From a bacterium (lineage in GTDB: Bacteria > Patescibacteriota > Microgenomatia > JAMCZE01): 64,000 nt of DNA. The DNA is taken from the NCBI GenBank assembly GCA_021836035.1, contig JAKBJL010000003.1, forward strand, positions 68,135 through 132,134. Reading direction: 5' to 3'. The position numbers and the translations under genes are program-made. Within the stretch, counting starts at the first letter, position 1. Every line of letters begins with the position of its first letter. The notes beneath the pieces are model-generated. The model was not told the DNA's origin. It saw nothing but the letters and a program-made list of their open reading frames with translations, and did not search any database. Of this stretch, positions 20,078 to 30,020 are shown in pieces.

Positions 20078-21256
20078 ATGTTTATGTCGGTTTTGACTAT
20101 TATTGTTTTTCTGCTAGTTTTATCCGTCTTGGTTTTAGTTCATGAATTCGGGCATTTTATCGTCGGGAGACTGGAAGGCATCGGCGTAGAGGAGTTTGCT
20201 TTGGGTCTTCCTTTTACCAAGTCTCTAATTTCCCGGAAGCTAAAAGGCGGAATGAAGCTTTCTTTGTACCCGGTTTTGTTCGGCGGTTTTGTAAAATTGC
20301 TCGGCGAAGAAGGGGAGGAGGAGAATAAAAACAATAAAATCAATAAAACGATAAAGGGGATAGCGTTTTATGAAGCGGGAGTTTGGCAGAGAATCGCTGT
20401 AGTAGTTGCGGGGGTGTTAATGAATTTGGTTTTAGCGGTAGTGGTCTTTTATATTTTTCTTCTGGCTTCTGGTTTTAAGGTCCTGATTCCTAAACTGGCT
20501 GATTATCAATTTATTAGCCCGCACCAGACAAAAGTGATAATTGCCAGCGTACAAAAAGGTTCTCCGGCGGAAACGGCGGGGATAAAACCCGGTGATGTGG
20601 CAATCACTGCCGATAATCAGCAAATTACAGGCTTAAAACAATTTCAGACCTTTACCCGGGAAAATGTCGGGAAGCAAATCGATTTGGTTCTAGCTGATAC
20701 TTCTTTAACTAACTACCGGACGGTAGCAGTAACTCCCCGGGCTAATCCGCCTAAGGGAGAGGGACCGCTGGGCATCAGCATCGGAGAGGCGGAAGCGCTT
20801 TCTTACCCGACGACGGGCGAAAAATTGCTATCTGGGGTTTCCTATACGGCGGATATGTTTATATATAACTTCCGGATATTGGGAAAATTTATTTCGGACG
20901 CGATTAAAACCGGCAATACCGAGCCTCTTTCCGAAAGCGTTTCCGGTCCGGTGGGGATTGCTTCGGCGGTCGGAACTATTTTAGATTTAGGAGGCAGCAG
21001 GGCGGTTATCCAACTCGTCAATTTATTAGGTTTATTATCCCTATCATTAGCTTTTATGAACGTTTTGCCCTTCCCGGCCCTGGACGGAGGAAGGCTGGCT
21101 TTTCTTTTAGTGGAAGCTTTTGCCGGCAAAAAATTGGCGGCCAAACATGAAAATTTAATTAACCAAATCGGCATGGCGGTTCTTTTAGCTTTTATTCTCC
21201 TGGTTTCCTTTAATGATGTGGTTAAGATTATTTCTCCTTTGTTCCCCGGTAGATAA
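20078..21256 (+). CDS. rseP: RIP metalloprotease RseP (M50 with PDZ)
   Basis: HEFGH, AGVLMN, PDZ (GSPAETAGIKPGD), NVLPFPALDGG. Confidence 0.94.
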   Translation: MFMSVLTIIVFLLVLSVLVLVHEFGHFIVGRLEGIGVEEFALGLPFTKSLISRKLKGGMKLSLYPVLFGGFVKLLGEEGEEENKNNKINKTIKGIAFYEAGVWQRIAVVVAGVLMNLVLAVVVFYIFLLASGFKVLIPKLADYQFISPHQTKVIIASVQKGSPAETAGIKPGDVAITADNQQITGLKQFQTFTRENVGKQIDLVLADTSLTNYRTVAVTPRANPPKGEGPLGISIGEAEALSYPTTGEKLLSGVSYTADMFIYNFRILGKFISDAIKTGNTEPLSESVSGPVGIASAVGTILDLGGSRAVIQLVNLLGLLSLSLAFMNVLPFPALDGGRLAFLLVEAFAGKKLAAKHENLINQIGMAVLLAFILLVSFNDVVKIISPLFPGR

Positions 21257-21304
21257 TTGCTTCGGGCATTATCGTGCTATAATTAAATTACTGCCCCGAA
21301 GGTT

Positions 21305-21538
21305 ATGATGAAATGGTCAGGTCCGGAGCGGATTATCAGAAAAACTACCCCGGAAGAAACGGATTCTTTACTGGGGTCGTTAATGGTACCCAAATACCAT
21401 CGCTTCCTCATCGGGGGGAATCCCGATCCGGATTATTTTCCCGGGACTTTTCCCGAAGATTTTGTTCATCTTACCCGCGGGATAGTCGATTCTTTAAAGT
21501 CCCTCTTCCGACATAAGCGCACAAACGTCACTTCCTAA
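21305..21538 (+). CDS. hypothetical protein
   Basis: 77-aa ORF with upstream TGCTATAAT. Confidence 0.45.
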   Translation: MMKWSGPERIIRKTTPEETDSLLGSLMVPKYHRFLIGGNPDPDYFPGTFPEDFVHLTRGIVDSLKSLFRHKRTNVTS

Positions 21539-21671
21539 AATTAATTTTCATCTCCGCTACCTTACCATCAAACGAGACTTTTAGTTTATGCGTGAATCAC
21601 TCTTTGCAAGGGGAGGCCCTGGAGTGGGCGCGGAGATTGTCTAAATCACTAATGTCGGATATAATCTTAAT

Positions 21672-21995
21672 ATGACGGAACAAATTTATCTTACAACGCC
21701 GAAATGGGAAGAATGGAAGCAGTGCCTGGAAGCACTTCCGAGAATATGCAGTCAGATAGCAGATTTGCAGAGTAAAGATCTATCAATCAAATCAGGTAAT
21801 TTCCATTGGCGGTGTGATCTTGATCAGACGAGGCAGGATATTGACTTTGTCGCGGGAAAATGCCATGCCTTTGAGGTTTTACACAGTCGTAATCTGGGAG
21901 ATAAAAGAAGATATACTGAGCTTCCGTGTAATAATTTGCGCAGATTAATTATTACCAAAAGACTTAGCGGAAAATGGAAAGAACCTCAAATATAG
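21672..21995 (+). CDS. hypothetical protein
   Basis: 107-aa ORF; TATAAT 6 nt before ATG. Confidence 0.6.
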   Translation: MTEQIYLTTPKWEEWKQCLEALPRICSQIADLQSKDLSIKSGNFHWRCDLDQTRQDIDFVAGKCHAFEVLHSRNLGDKRRYTELPCNNLRRLIITKRLSGKWKEPQI

Positions 21996-22033
21996 ATTGA
22001 ATCGAATTCTCGCTCCTGATAAACTATATATAA

Positions 22034-23236
22034 ATGCGACAAAGTCAGCTTTTCCCAAAAACCAGTAGGCAGGCGCCGGCCGGGGCGATAGCAGAAAACC
22101 ATAAGTTACTCGTCCGGGCAGGTTTTATCGACCAATTAATGGCCGGTTCCTGGACTTTATTGCCGCTCGGATGGCGCGTAATTTTTAAGATTAACCAGGT
22201 TATTCGCGAAGAGCTGAATAAGACGGGAGCCCAGGAGATTCTGATGCCTCTTATGCATCCTAAAGAAATTTGGAATGAAACGGGCAGGTGGGAAAAAGCC
22301 TCCGGGGTAATGTACAAATTAAAAGACACGCGGGAGAAGGAATTTGCCCTTTCCTTTACCCATGAAGAAATTATTTTAGACTTGGTAAGGAAACACCTGC
22401 AATCGGTTGCCGATCTGCCGATTAAACTTTATCATTTTTCGACCAAGTTTCGAAATGAACCGCGGGCTACCGGAGGCATTTTGCGCGGCCGGGAGTTTTT
22501 AATGAAGGATCTTTATAGTTTGCACGCGACGGAGGAAGACTTTTGGAACTATTATGAGGAGGTAACCCGCGCGTATCTTACGATATTTGCGCGCTTAGGT
22601 CTGAAAGCAATTATTACGGAAGCAGCCGGTGGCGTTTTTACCGAGAATCGTACCCGCGAATTTCAGATTCTGGCTGCCGTGGGCGAAGATATTATCTATT
22701 ACGATCCTAAAACTAAAAAAGGAGTTAATAAAGAAGTTTTTGATGAGAATAAGAAAAATTTTGTAGAAGCCCACGCGATTGAAGCTGGGAATATTTTTCC
22801 TTTCGGAACCTACTATAGCGATAAAATGGGAGTTTACTATACGGATAAAGATGGTAAAAAGAAACCGGTTTGGTTCGGCAGTTACGGTATCGGAACAACC
22901 CGGCTTTTGGGAGTTTTGGCAGAAGTCTTTCATGATGACCGCGGTTTAATCTGGCCGGAGATAGTAGCTCCGTTTAAGTACCATCTTATTGCAGCTAGCG
23001 GCCAGCAGCTAGCGGCCAGTAAAGCAGAAGAAATATATAAGAAACTGAGTAAATCCGGTGCAGAAGTGTTATATGATGATAGAGACACTTCCATGGGGCA
23101 AAAGTTCGCGGATGCAGATCTGATCGGGATTCCCCACCGGCTGGTAGTTTCGGATAAGACCGGGGATAAGGTGGAAATCAAACAGCGCAGTGGCAATAAG
23201 ACCGAATTAATTTCTCCGGAAGAACTTCTGGACTGA
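22034..23236 (+). CDS. proS: proline--tRNA ligase (no editing domain)
   Basis: HKLLVRAGFI, FTHEE, KFRNEPRATGGILRGREFLMKDLYS, GSYGIG, KFADADLIGIP. Confidence 0.96.
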   Translation: MRQSQLFPKTSRQAPAGAIAENHKLLVRAGFIDQLMAGSWTLLPLGWRVIFKINQVIREELNKTGAQEILMPLMHPKEIWNETGRWEKASGVMYKLKDTREKEFALSFTHEEIILDLVRKHLQSVADLPIKLYHFSTKFRNEPRATGGILRGREFLMKDLYSLHATEEDFWNYYEEVTRAYLTIFARLGLKAIITEAAGGVFTENRTREFQILAAVGEDIIYYDPKTKKGVNKEVFDENKKNFVEAHAIEAGNIFPFGTYYSDKMGVYYTDKDGKKKPVWFGSYGIGTTRLLGVLAEVFHDDRGLIWPEIVAPFKYHLIAASGQQLAASKAEEIYKKLSKSGAEVLYDDRDTSMGQKFADADLIGIPHRLVVSDKTGDKVEIKQRSGNKTELISPEELLD

Positions 23237-23261
23237 CCCTTTTTATTCTATTTTGTATCGG

Positions 23262-23290
23262 TTGACTTCGGGTTTTCTTCGGTTTATTCT
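23262..23290 (+). promoter_or_regulatory. promoter with embedded direct-repeat operator (putative LexA box)
   Basis: TTGACT-N17-TATTCT, with TTCGG-N6-TTCGG (23267-23282) occupying the spacer. Confidence 0.65.
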
Positions 23291-23300
23291 GGGTAGAAAC

Positions 23301-23561
23301 ATGATTCAAAAAATTAACATACCGGTTTCCGTAGTTTCTTCTTTTAACCATAAAGAGCGGACATTCATTCCCCGGAAAGTACTCTTTGAGGGCCGGGAGC
23401 ATAAAATTACCCGGCTAGGTTACCACCATACTTATCGCCAGGGCCGGACTCTTTACCATGTTTTTTCGGTTACCTCGGAAACGATGTTTTTTCGGCTGGT
23501 TTTTAATACCGAAACTCTGGCGTGGAACTTGGAAGAAGTGGCAGACGGGGAAAGCAACTAA
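23301..23561 (+). CDS. small beta-rich protein of the mutagenesis cassette (DUF6504-like)
   Basis: MIQKINIPVSV...PRKVLFEGREHKI...YHVFSV...FRLVFNTETLAWNLEEV; directly upstream of dinB. Confidence 0.75.
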   Translation: MIQKINIPVSVVSSFNHKERTFIPRKVLFEGREHKITRLGYHHTYRQGRTLYHVFSVTSETMFFRLVFNTETLAWNLEEVADGESN

Positions 23562-23572
23562 AATTGTAAATT

Positions 23573-24817
23573 ATGTTTCTGTTTAATCCCAAGCCATCAA
23601 CGATTATGCATCTGGATTTAAATTCTTGCTTTGCCAGCATTGAGCAGCAGGCTGACCCTTTCCTGCGGGCCAAACCCGTGGCCGTCGCTGCTTACGACAG
23701 TCCCGGCGGCTGTATTATTGCTCCGTCAGTCGAGGCTAAGAGGATGGGAATCAAAGTGGGAATGCGGGTAAAAGACGGAAGGCTTATCTGTCCGCAATTG
23801 ATTATTAAAAAGCCGGATCCGGGCAAATATCGGGATGTGCACCTTAAGCTGCGAAAATTGCTGAACGATTACACTGATGGGGTAGTGCCGAAGTCGATCG
23901 ATGAGTTTGTTTTGGACCTGGAGGGCGCACCGGCGATGCGAAGCAGGGGGATCCATGATATCGCGCGGGAGATAAAAGCGCGGATTAAGAGCGAAATCGG
24001 GGATTGGCTCCGGGTTTCCGTGGGCCTGGGGCCCAACCGGTTCCTGGCTAAAACCGCGGCGGGGCTGCATAAGCCGGATGGCCTGGATGAAATCAACATC
24101 CATAACTATCGGGTGATTTATGCGCAGCTACAGCTTATGGATCTTTGCGGTATTAAAAAAAATAATACCATCCGGCTTAATAATACGGGTATTTTTACCG
24201 TGACTGATTTTTTTAATGCTTCTGTGGAGAAATTGCGGCGGGCTTTTGAGTCTATTAACGGCTGGTACTGGTATTTGCGGATTCATGGCTTTGAGGCGGA
24301 CGATGTGGTCTTTGGCCGCAGAAGCTACGGCAACAGTTTTGCTTTGCCTAAGCCGTTCTCCACGCCGCAGGAACTGGCTCCGATACTGGCTAAACTGACC
24401 GAAAAGACGGGTTTTCGCATGCGCCGGGCCGGTTATTTTGCCCGGGGCGTGCATCTGGCTTTGCTTTACCGGGACTGGAGTTACTGGCACCACGGCCAGA
24501 CCCGGCCGGAGCCGGTTTTTGACAGCCGGGATATTTATAAAATTGCCTTTGGCATTTTATTACATTCTCCTTACCGCAAGCCCGTCCGTACCCTTGCGGT
24601 CTCCTGTTTTAATCTGGAAAAGAAAGCTGTTCGCCAGTTGACTTTACTCGCCGACGCGGAAAAGAAAGAAAAATTAGTGGAGGCTATGGACAAAATTACC
24701 GAACGCTGGGGGCAATTTGTGATTACACCAGCTTTAATGCTGGGAACACACGATTTGGTTCCTGACCGGATCGCTTTCGGGGGAGCCAAAGAGTTAGAGG
24801 AGATAATTACCGATTAA
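23573..24817 (+). CDS. dinB: Y-family DNA polymerase (Pol IV/DinB-like)
   Basis: MHLDLNSCFASIEQ, SVEAK..G, SIDE, SVGLGPNRFLAKTAA..KPDG, C-terminal QLTLL clamp-binding motif. Confidence 0.93.
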   Translation: MFLFNPKPSTIMHLDLNSCFASIEQQADPFLRAKPVAVAAYDSPGGCIIAPSVEAKRMGIKVGMRVKDGRLICPQLIIKKPDPGKYRDVHLKLRKLLNDYTDGVVPKSIDEFVLDLEGAPAMRSRGIHDIAREIKARIKSEIGDWLRVSVGLGPNRFLAKTAAGLHKPDGLDEINIHNYRVIYAQLQLMDLCGIKKNNTIRLNNTGIFTVTDFFNASVEKLRRAFESINGWYWYLRIHGFEADDVVFGRRSYGNSFALPKPFSTPQELAPILAKLTEKTGFRMRRAGYFARGVHLALLYRDWSYWHHGQTRPEPVFDSRDIYKIAFGILLHSPYRKPVRTLAVSCFNLEKKAVRQLTLLADAEKKEKLVEAMDKITERWGQFVITPALMLGTHDLVPDRIAFGGAKELEEIITD

Positions 24818-24831
24818 GGTAAAATAAGCTT

Positions 24832-25506
24832 ATGTGTGGCAGGTATGGTTTCATCCCGACTAAAGATTTTGCCAACCGTTTCCAATTAGAAAAAACGGAT
24901 TTTAACCTGCGCGCTTCCTATAACGTTTCTCCGGGAATGCTCCAGCCGGTAATTATTGTAGATAGCGGCGGGCATAAAGCGGAACTGATGAAGTGGGGCC
25001 TGATTCCTTTCTGGGCAAAAGACCCTAAAATTGCTTATCGGACTATCAATGCCCGGGCAGAAGAAGTTGCTGCCAAGCCCGCTTTCCGCGAGCCGTTCCG
25101 CAAAAAGCGTTGTTTGGTTCCGGCTAACGGTTTTTACGAATGGGAAGTTATTGCCCCCCGAGAGCGGGAGCCTTACTGGTTCCAGCTGAAAAGTGGGGCA
25201 ATTTTTGCTTTTGCCGGGCTTTACGATATCTGGAAAGATGTGGAGGGGAAAGAACATAAGTCATACACTATTATTACCACCCGGGCGAATACTTTGGTGA
25301 ATAAGGTTCACCCCCGTATGCCGGTGATTGTGAAACACAAACTGGAGGCAGCATGGGCGGATAATGCCCGTTTCGATCCGGCAGTCATGCAAAACATTAT
25401 GCAGCCCTACCCGCCGGAGGAAATGGAAGCTTGGCACGTAGGGAGGAAAGTGGGCAACCCCGCAACCGACGGACCGGATCTTATTAGACCGGTAGCAAAT
25501 CTATAA
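24832..25506 (+). CDS. SOS response-associated peptidase (SRAP/YedK abasic-site crosslinker)
   Basis: MCGRY, KWGLIPFW, INARAE, RCLVPANGFYEW, HPRMPVI. Confidence 0.95.
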   Translation: MCGRYGFIPTKDFANRFQLEKTDFNLRASYNVSPGMLQPVIIVDSGGHKAELMKWGLIPFWAKDPKIAYRTINARAEEVAAKPAFREPFRKKRCLVPANGFYEWEVIAPREREPYWFQLKSGAIFAFAGLYDIWKDVEGKEHKSYTIITTRANTLVNKVHPRMPVIVKHKLEAAWADNARFDPAVMQNIMQPYPPEEMEAWHVGRKVGNPATDGPDLIRPVANL

Positions 25507-25877
25507 CTTCTAGGAGAAATACACAGGACTTTTAAACTCAGGAAAACTTTTCTTTTGTTGTGGTGATGTAGTGTCTTAACTCTGATTGCCAAACATCATG
25601 CGCGTGCGGGATTATTTTCAATAATTTGAGCGCAGTCAACCTAGGAGATCCCAATGATAAGGGACTTTGATAATAGGGGGTCTCGATGAGAGGATCTATT
25701 TCCCATCTCCCGATATAGATGGAGGCCACGCAAAGGCTATTGATATGCTCCGGCGCTGAAGTCTTTAATTGGTAGTGGTAAATCGGCGGCAGGTTTAGGG
25801 AAAAACCTGCCCGAACCCGTGTCGGGTTATATAAATCCCCGGAAAAATAGATTACGGGATTTTGCTAAGATGGAGAT

Positions 25878-28358
25878 ATGGAGAAAGAGAACCCCGGGGG
25901 TTTAACCGTTGATGAAGCCCGAAAAAGATTAAAGCAGAACGGTTTTAATGAATTAGAAAAACATGAGGGAAAAAATGCCCCACACATTATCCTCGATTTA
26001 TTTAAGGAACCGATGCTTCTTTTGCTTCTGGCAGCTGGGGTAACTTATTTATTTCTGGGCAATCTGAATGATGCGCTGATGCTCCTGACTTTTATCTTTG
26101 TTATCGCCGGCATTATTTTTTATCAGGAGAGGAAAACTAAAAAAACCCTTGAGGCCCTGAAAAGCCTGGCTGCCCCGAAAGCCTTAGTAGTCCGGGACGG
26201 GCAGCAGCAAAAAGTTCCCGCCCGGGAAGTAGTTACCGGTGATCTTTTAATTTTGCGGGAGGGGGATCGGGTTCCGGCCGATGCTCTGGTCCGCGAGTCA
26301 TTTAACCTGTACCTCGATGAATCGTTCCTGACCGGGGAATCGGTTCCGGTAGAAAAAATCCCAAGCATAACGGCAGCCAATCATCGGGGCAACATCAGCC
26401 GGGTTTTTGCCGGAACTTTAATTACTTCCGGAAGGGGGCTGGCGGAAGTAACGGCAACGGGGAGGGACACGGAGATGGGCAAAATCGGTAAAAGCCTGGC
26501 TACTATCGCCGACGAGGAAACGCCGCTGCAAAAGCAGACTCGGAAACTGGCTTATCGTTTGGCATTTTATGGCGGGGGCCTTTGCCTTACCGTGGTTATT
26601 CTGTATGGTTTTTGGCGGGGCGAATGGCTAAACGGTGTGCTCGCAGGCTTGTCTTTGAGTATGTCACTTTTACCCGAGGAATTTCCGGTAGCGCTCTTCA
26701 TTTTTCTCACTCTGGGAGCCTGGCGGATTTCCAAGTCGCAGGTTTTAACCCGCCGCGGGGAAGCGATTGAAACGCTAGGGGCGGCCACAGTTCTTTGCGT
26801 GGACAAGACCGGTACCTTGACGGCAAATAAAATGGAACTCGTGGAAATAAATCCTTATCCGGAGGCAAATAATACTCAACGGGAGATTTTAGAGTTAGGT
26901 TATCTGGCCGGCGAAAAGGGCGGGTTTGATCCTATGGAAAAAGCCATTGGAGGAGTGTTAGAGAAAAGATACGGCGACGGCAAAATCCTACTGGAAAGTT
27001 GCTATCTGGTCAAAGAATTCCCGCTCTCACGGAAAATTCTGGCGTCAACGAGAATTTACCGGACAGCGGATAACACTTTTAAAGGAGCAGCCAAAGGGGC
27101 GCCGGAAGCGATTGCTGATTTATGCCATTTGGATCCGGCGGCTAGGCAGAAATTGAACCAAGCAGTTTTAATGATGGCCGAGAACGGCATGAGAGTCCTG
27201 GCGGTAGCTAAAGCGCAATTATCCGGTTCCCTTCCGGAGAACCAACACGATTTTACCTGGGAATTAAGCGGGTTGTTGGGTTTTAGCAATCCCTTAAGGG
27301 CGCATGTCCCGGAGGCAGTCAAGGAGACTTATTCCGCCGGTATGCGCATTATTATGATTACCGGCGATTATCCCGGTACCGCAAAAAATATCGCCGTCCA
27401 GATGGGACTTGACGCGCCCGACAGTGTTATTACCGGTGAGCAATTAGCAGAAATGCCGCAATCCGAGCTGCGGGAGAAGATTAAAAGACTAAACATTTTT
27501 GCCCGGGTAACCCCCGAACAAAAATTGGATATCATCAGGGCTCTGAAGGCTAACGGGGAAGTGGTTGCGATGACCGGGGACGGGGTCAACGACGCCCCGG
27601 CCCTGAAGATGGCGGATATCGGTATTGCTATGGGAGAACAGGGAACAGACGTTGCCCGGGAGGCGGCAGATTTAGTGCTTATGGATGACGACTTTTCTTC
27701 GCTGGTAGCTGCAATCAGGATCGGTCGCCGGATTTATGATAATTTACAAAAAGTTTTTTCTTATATATTTTCCGTTCATGTTCCCATTGCCGGTTTGGTT
27801 TTTATTCCTATTCTGTTTAATCTGCCGACAATGCTCTTGCCGGCGCATATTGCTTTTTTGGAAATGATTATTGATCCGGTCTGCGCGATCGTCTTTGAGT
27901 CGGAACCGGAAAGACGGGATATCATGCAAAGGCCGCCCCGCAGCAGCAAGGAGTCACTTTACAGCCGGAGAAGTTTGTTTGGCAGTCTGGTTTTAGGTAG
28001 TTTTATTTTAGCCGGAGTGATCCTGGTTATGGGTATTTGTTTAGCGCTGGGTTATAGCGAGATTGAGGCGAGGACAATGGCTTTTGTGGTTCTGACCGTC
28101 GCTAATTTAACCCTGGTGATTATAAGCTTGTCTCATTCCGGAAGCTGGAGAAATTTAGTTGTTTTCCAAAACCGGGCGCTGCTGATCATTATCGTTCTGG
28201 TAGCGCTCGGTTTGGCGGCGATGCTCTATATTCCGTTTTTAGCCGGGGTTTTTCATTTTTTTCCACTACTGCCGGCGGAGCTGGCAATCGCGGCGCTTGG
28301 CGGTTTACTTTCTATAGGTTGGTTTCCTATCCTTGCCCCGCTGCGGGAAAAAGACTAA
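25878..28358 (+). CDS. P-type cation-transporting ATPase (P2A/Ca2+-like)
   Basis: LTGES, PEEFP, DKTGTLT, KGAPE, MITGD, TGDGVNDAPALK. Confidence 0.94.
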   Translation: MEKENPGGLTVDEARKRLKQNGFNELEKHEGKNAPHIILDLFKEPMLLLLLAAGVTYLFLGNLNDALMLLTFIFVIAGIIFYQERKTKKTLEALKSLAAPKALVVRDGQQQKVPAREVVTGDLLILREGDRVPADALVRESFNLYLDESFLTGESVPVEKIPSITAANHRGNISRVFAGTLITSGRGLAEVTATGRDTEMGKIGKSLATIADEETPLQKQTRKLAYRLAFYGGGLCLTVVILYGFWRGEWLNGVLAGLSLSMSLLPEEFPVALFIFLTLGAWRISKSQVLTRRGEAIETLGAATVLCVDKTGTLTANKMELVEINPYPEANNTQREILELGYLAGEKGGFDPMEKAIGGVLEKRYGDGKILLESCYLVKEFPLSRKILASTRIYRTADNTFKGAAKGAPEAIADLCHLDPAARQKLNQAVLMMAENGMRVLAVAKAQLSGSLPENQHDFTWELSGLLGFSNPLRAHVPEAVKETYSAGMRIIMITGDYPGTAKNIAVQMGLDAPDSVITGEQLAEMPQSELREKIKRLNIFARVTPEQKLDIIRALKANGEVVAMTGDGVNDAPALKMADIGIAMGEQGTDVAREAADLVLMDDDFSSLVAAIRIGRRIYDNLQKVFSYIFSVHVPIAGLVFIPILFNLPTMLLPAHIAFLEMIIDPVCAIVFESEPERRDIMQRPPRSSKESLYSRRSLFGSLVLGSFILAGVILVMGICLALGYSEIEARTMAFVVLTVANLTLVIISLSHSGSWRNLVVFQNRALLIIIVLVALGLAAMLYIPFLAGVFHFFPLLPAELAIAALGGLLSIGWFPILAPLREKD

Positions 28359-28390
28359 AATAGCGGTGTTAAAAGGAGAAAGAAAAAGGC

Positions 28391-28717
28391 GTGGAAGATT
28401 GCGTTTTTTGTAAAATTGTTAAAGGGGAAATTCCGTCAAAATTTCTTTATCAGGATGATAAAATTGCGGTTTTCCCGGATAAAAATCCCGGAGCTCCGAT
28501 ACATATTCTGCTGGTTCCCAAAGAGCATATAGCGGATTTAACGGACGCCCCCGAGGAAATTATTTCGGCTATTAATCAGAAAATCAAAGATTTTGTCAAA
28601 GAAGGTAATTTTATGGAAAAAGGCTACCGGATTGTTATTAACGGGGGAACGGCAAAAGCCGTGCCCCATTTACACTTTCATCTGTTAGGGGAGATAAGTA
28701 AGGAAAGGACGGTGTAA
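28391..28717 (+). CDS. HIT family nucleotide hydrolase
   Basis: DCVFCKI, HILLVPK, VPHLHFHLLG. Confidence 0.93.
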   Translation: MEDCVFCKIVKGEIPSKFLYQDDKIAVFPDKNPGAPIHILLVPKEHIADLTDAPEEIISAINQKIKDFVKEGNFMEKGYRIVINGGTAKAVPHLHFHLLGEISKERTV

Positions 28718-28726
28718 TTTACTTTT

Positions 28727-28909
28727 ATGGCCATTGTCAAAGCACAACCGGGACAATCTTCGGACCAGGTAATCAGGGCTTTCCAAAAGAAAGTTCTTGC
28801 AGAGGATATTTTAGGGGAACTGAAAAAACGGGAGTTTTATCAAAAACCGGCCTTAGTCCGCAAGGCCCGCGCCTTGGCGCGGAAACACCCGGGCAGAAGA
28901 ACATATTAA
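28727..28909 (+). CDS. rpsU: 30S ribosomal protein bS21
   Basis: IRAFQKKV...ELKKREFYQKP; HIT-rpsU-yqeY-ybeY synteny. Confidence 0.88.
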   Translation: MAIVKAQPGQSSDQVIRAFQKKVLAEDILGELKKREFYQKPALVRKARALARKHPGRRTY

Positions 28910-28996
28910 TAAAATTAATAAAGTCAATAAGAATAATAAAGATGGCAACGGAAAATATTAGATTTTATTGCTTTTACGCTATATTATTGCCGAAGT

Positions 28997-29443
28997 ATGT
29001 TACTTGATCAAATACAATCCGATTTAGCAGCAGCGCAGAAAGCGAGGGAGCAATTAAAAGTGGATACTCTGCGTTTTTTACTGGGGGCAGTGTTTAACCT
29101 GCAGATTGAGAAGTGTCCTCCAGGAAGCGGTAAAACTTTAGAAGACGCGGATGTTCTGTCCGTTATTGCTAAACAGGTAAAAACCCATCAGGAATCAATC
29201 GAAATGTTCGGCCGCGGCGGGCGGGAAGATCTGGTTAGCAGAGAAAAGGCAGAGTTAGCAATATTAAAGTTATATTTGCCGGCACAAATGGATGAAGAGT
29301 AAATAAGAAATAAAATAGAAGAAATAAAAAAGCAGAACGAAGGAGCGGATTTCGGCACGCTGATGAAATTGGCAATGGGCGAGTTGCGGGGGAAAGCCGA
29401 TGGGGCAATTGTTTCACGGATAGTAAGAGAATTAATAACCTAG
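28997..29443 (+). pseudogene. yqeY: GatB/YqeY domain protein with an in-frame TAA
   Basis: ...YLPAQMDEE*IRNKIEEIKKQNEGADFGTLMKLAMGELRGKADGAIVSRIVRELIT; YqeY similarity continues in frame past the stop at 29300-29302. Confidence 0.85.
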
Positions 29444-29516
29444 CGTAAAGGGCATAGCGTAAAGAAAAAAAGCCCCCTTTTTATATTCTGTACACTATCC
29501 ACTAGCCGCTTAATTA

Positions 29517-29918
29517 ATGTACGATATTCAAATTAATTGCGAGTCACGGTATAAAGTCAACCGAAAGTTTATCGTCGGTTTACTGGAAAAAGTATTAACG
29601 GAAGAACAGATCCGCAATCCGGTCTCCGTTTCTTTGCTTATCTGCGGCAAAAGGAAAATCCGGGAATTATCGCGGCGCTATTTGAAAGCAGCGGAAGACC
29701 ACGATGTCCTTTCCTTCGCTTTTTCCGAGGTTAATAAGCAATTTATGGAATTTCCCGACGGATTTTTAAGACTGGGGGAAATTGCCGTTTGCTACCCCCT
29801 AGCCCAGGAACAGGCAATGGAGGAAAATACTTTGGTTGATGAAGCCGTCGGTGATTTAGCGCGACACGGTCTTTATCATCTTTTAGGCCAGAACCACGAG
29901 GAAGAAGAATACAAATAA
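29517..29918 (+). CDS. ybeY: endoribonuclease YbeY
   Basis: DVLSF, LGEIAVC, HGLYHLLGQNH. Confidence 0.93.
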   Translation: MYDIQINCESRYKVNRKFIVGLLEKVLTEEQIRNPVSVSLLICGKRKIRELSRRYLKAAEDHDVLSFAFSEVNKQFMEFPDGFLRLGEIAVCYPLAQEQAMEENTLVDEAVGDLARHGLYHLLGQNHEEEEYK

Positions 29919-30018
29919 TAAATATAATAAAGTTAATGAAAATAATAAGGTCAATGACCGAATATTCCTAATATTTATTACTTTTATTCATCTTATTAGT
30001 TTTATTGCCTTTATTTTC
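29914..30018. repeat. inverted pair of ~9-nt AATAA-based microrepeat arrays
   Basis: AATAAATAT AATAAAGTT AATGAAAAT AATAAGGTC ... TTTATTACT TTTATTCAT CTTATTAGT TTTATTGCC TTTATT. Confidence 0.75.
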
Positions 30019-30020
30019 AT

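Noticed and set aside
14911-21620. Shared short motif TTTGCAAGG(A/G)GAGG(T/C)C(T/C)T upstream of glyA and near 21604; possible folate or ZTP riboswitch before glyA
   Set aside because: Only ~18 nt in two copies with no extended homology. A -10 box lies just before the glyA ATG, leaving no room for a leader.
25510-25870. Riboswitch or ncRNA upstream of the P-type ATPase
   Set aside because: Only scattered short hairpins and no yybP-ykoY or M-box consensus recognised. The ATPase has a -10 box 6 nt before its ATG, so the region is more likely a decayed minus-strand ORF.
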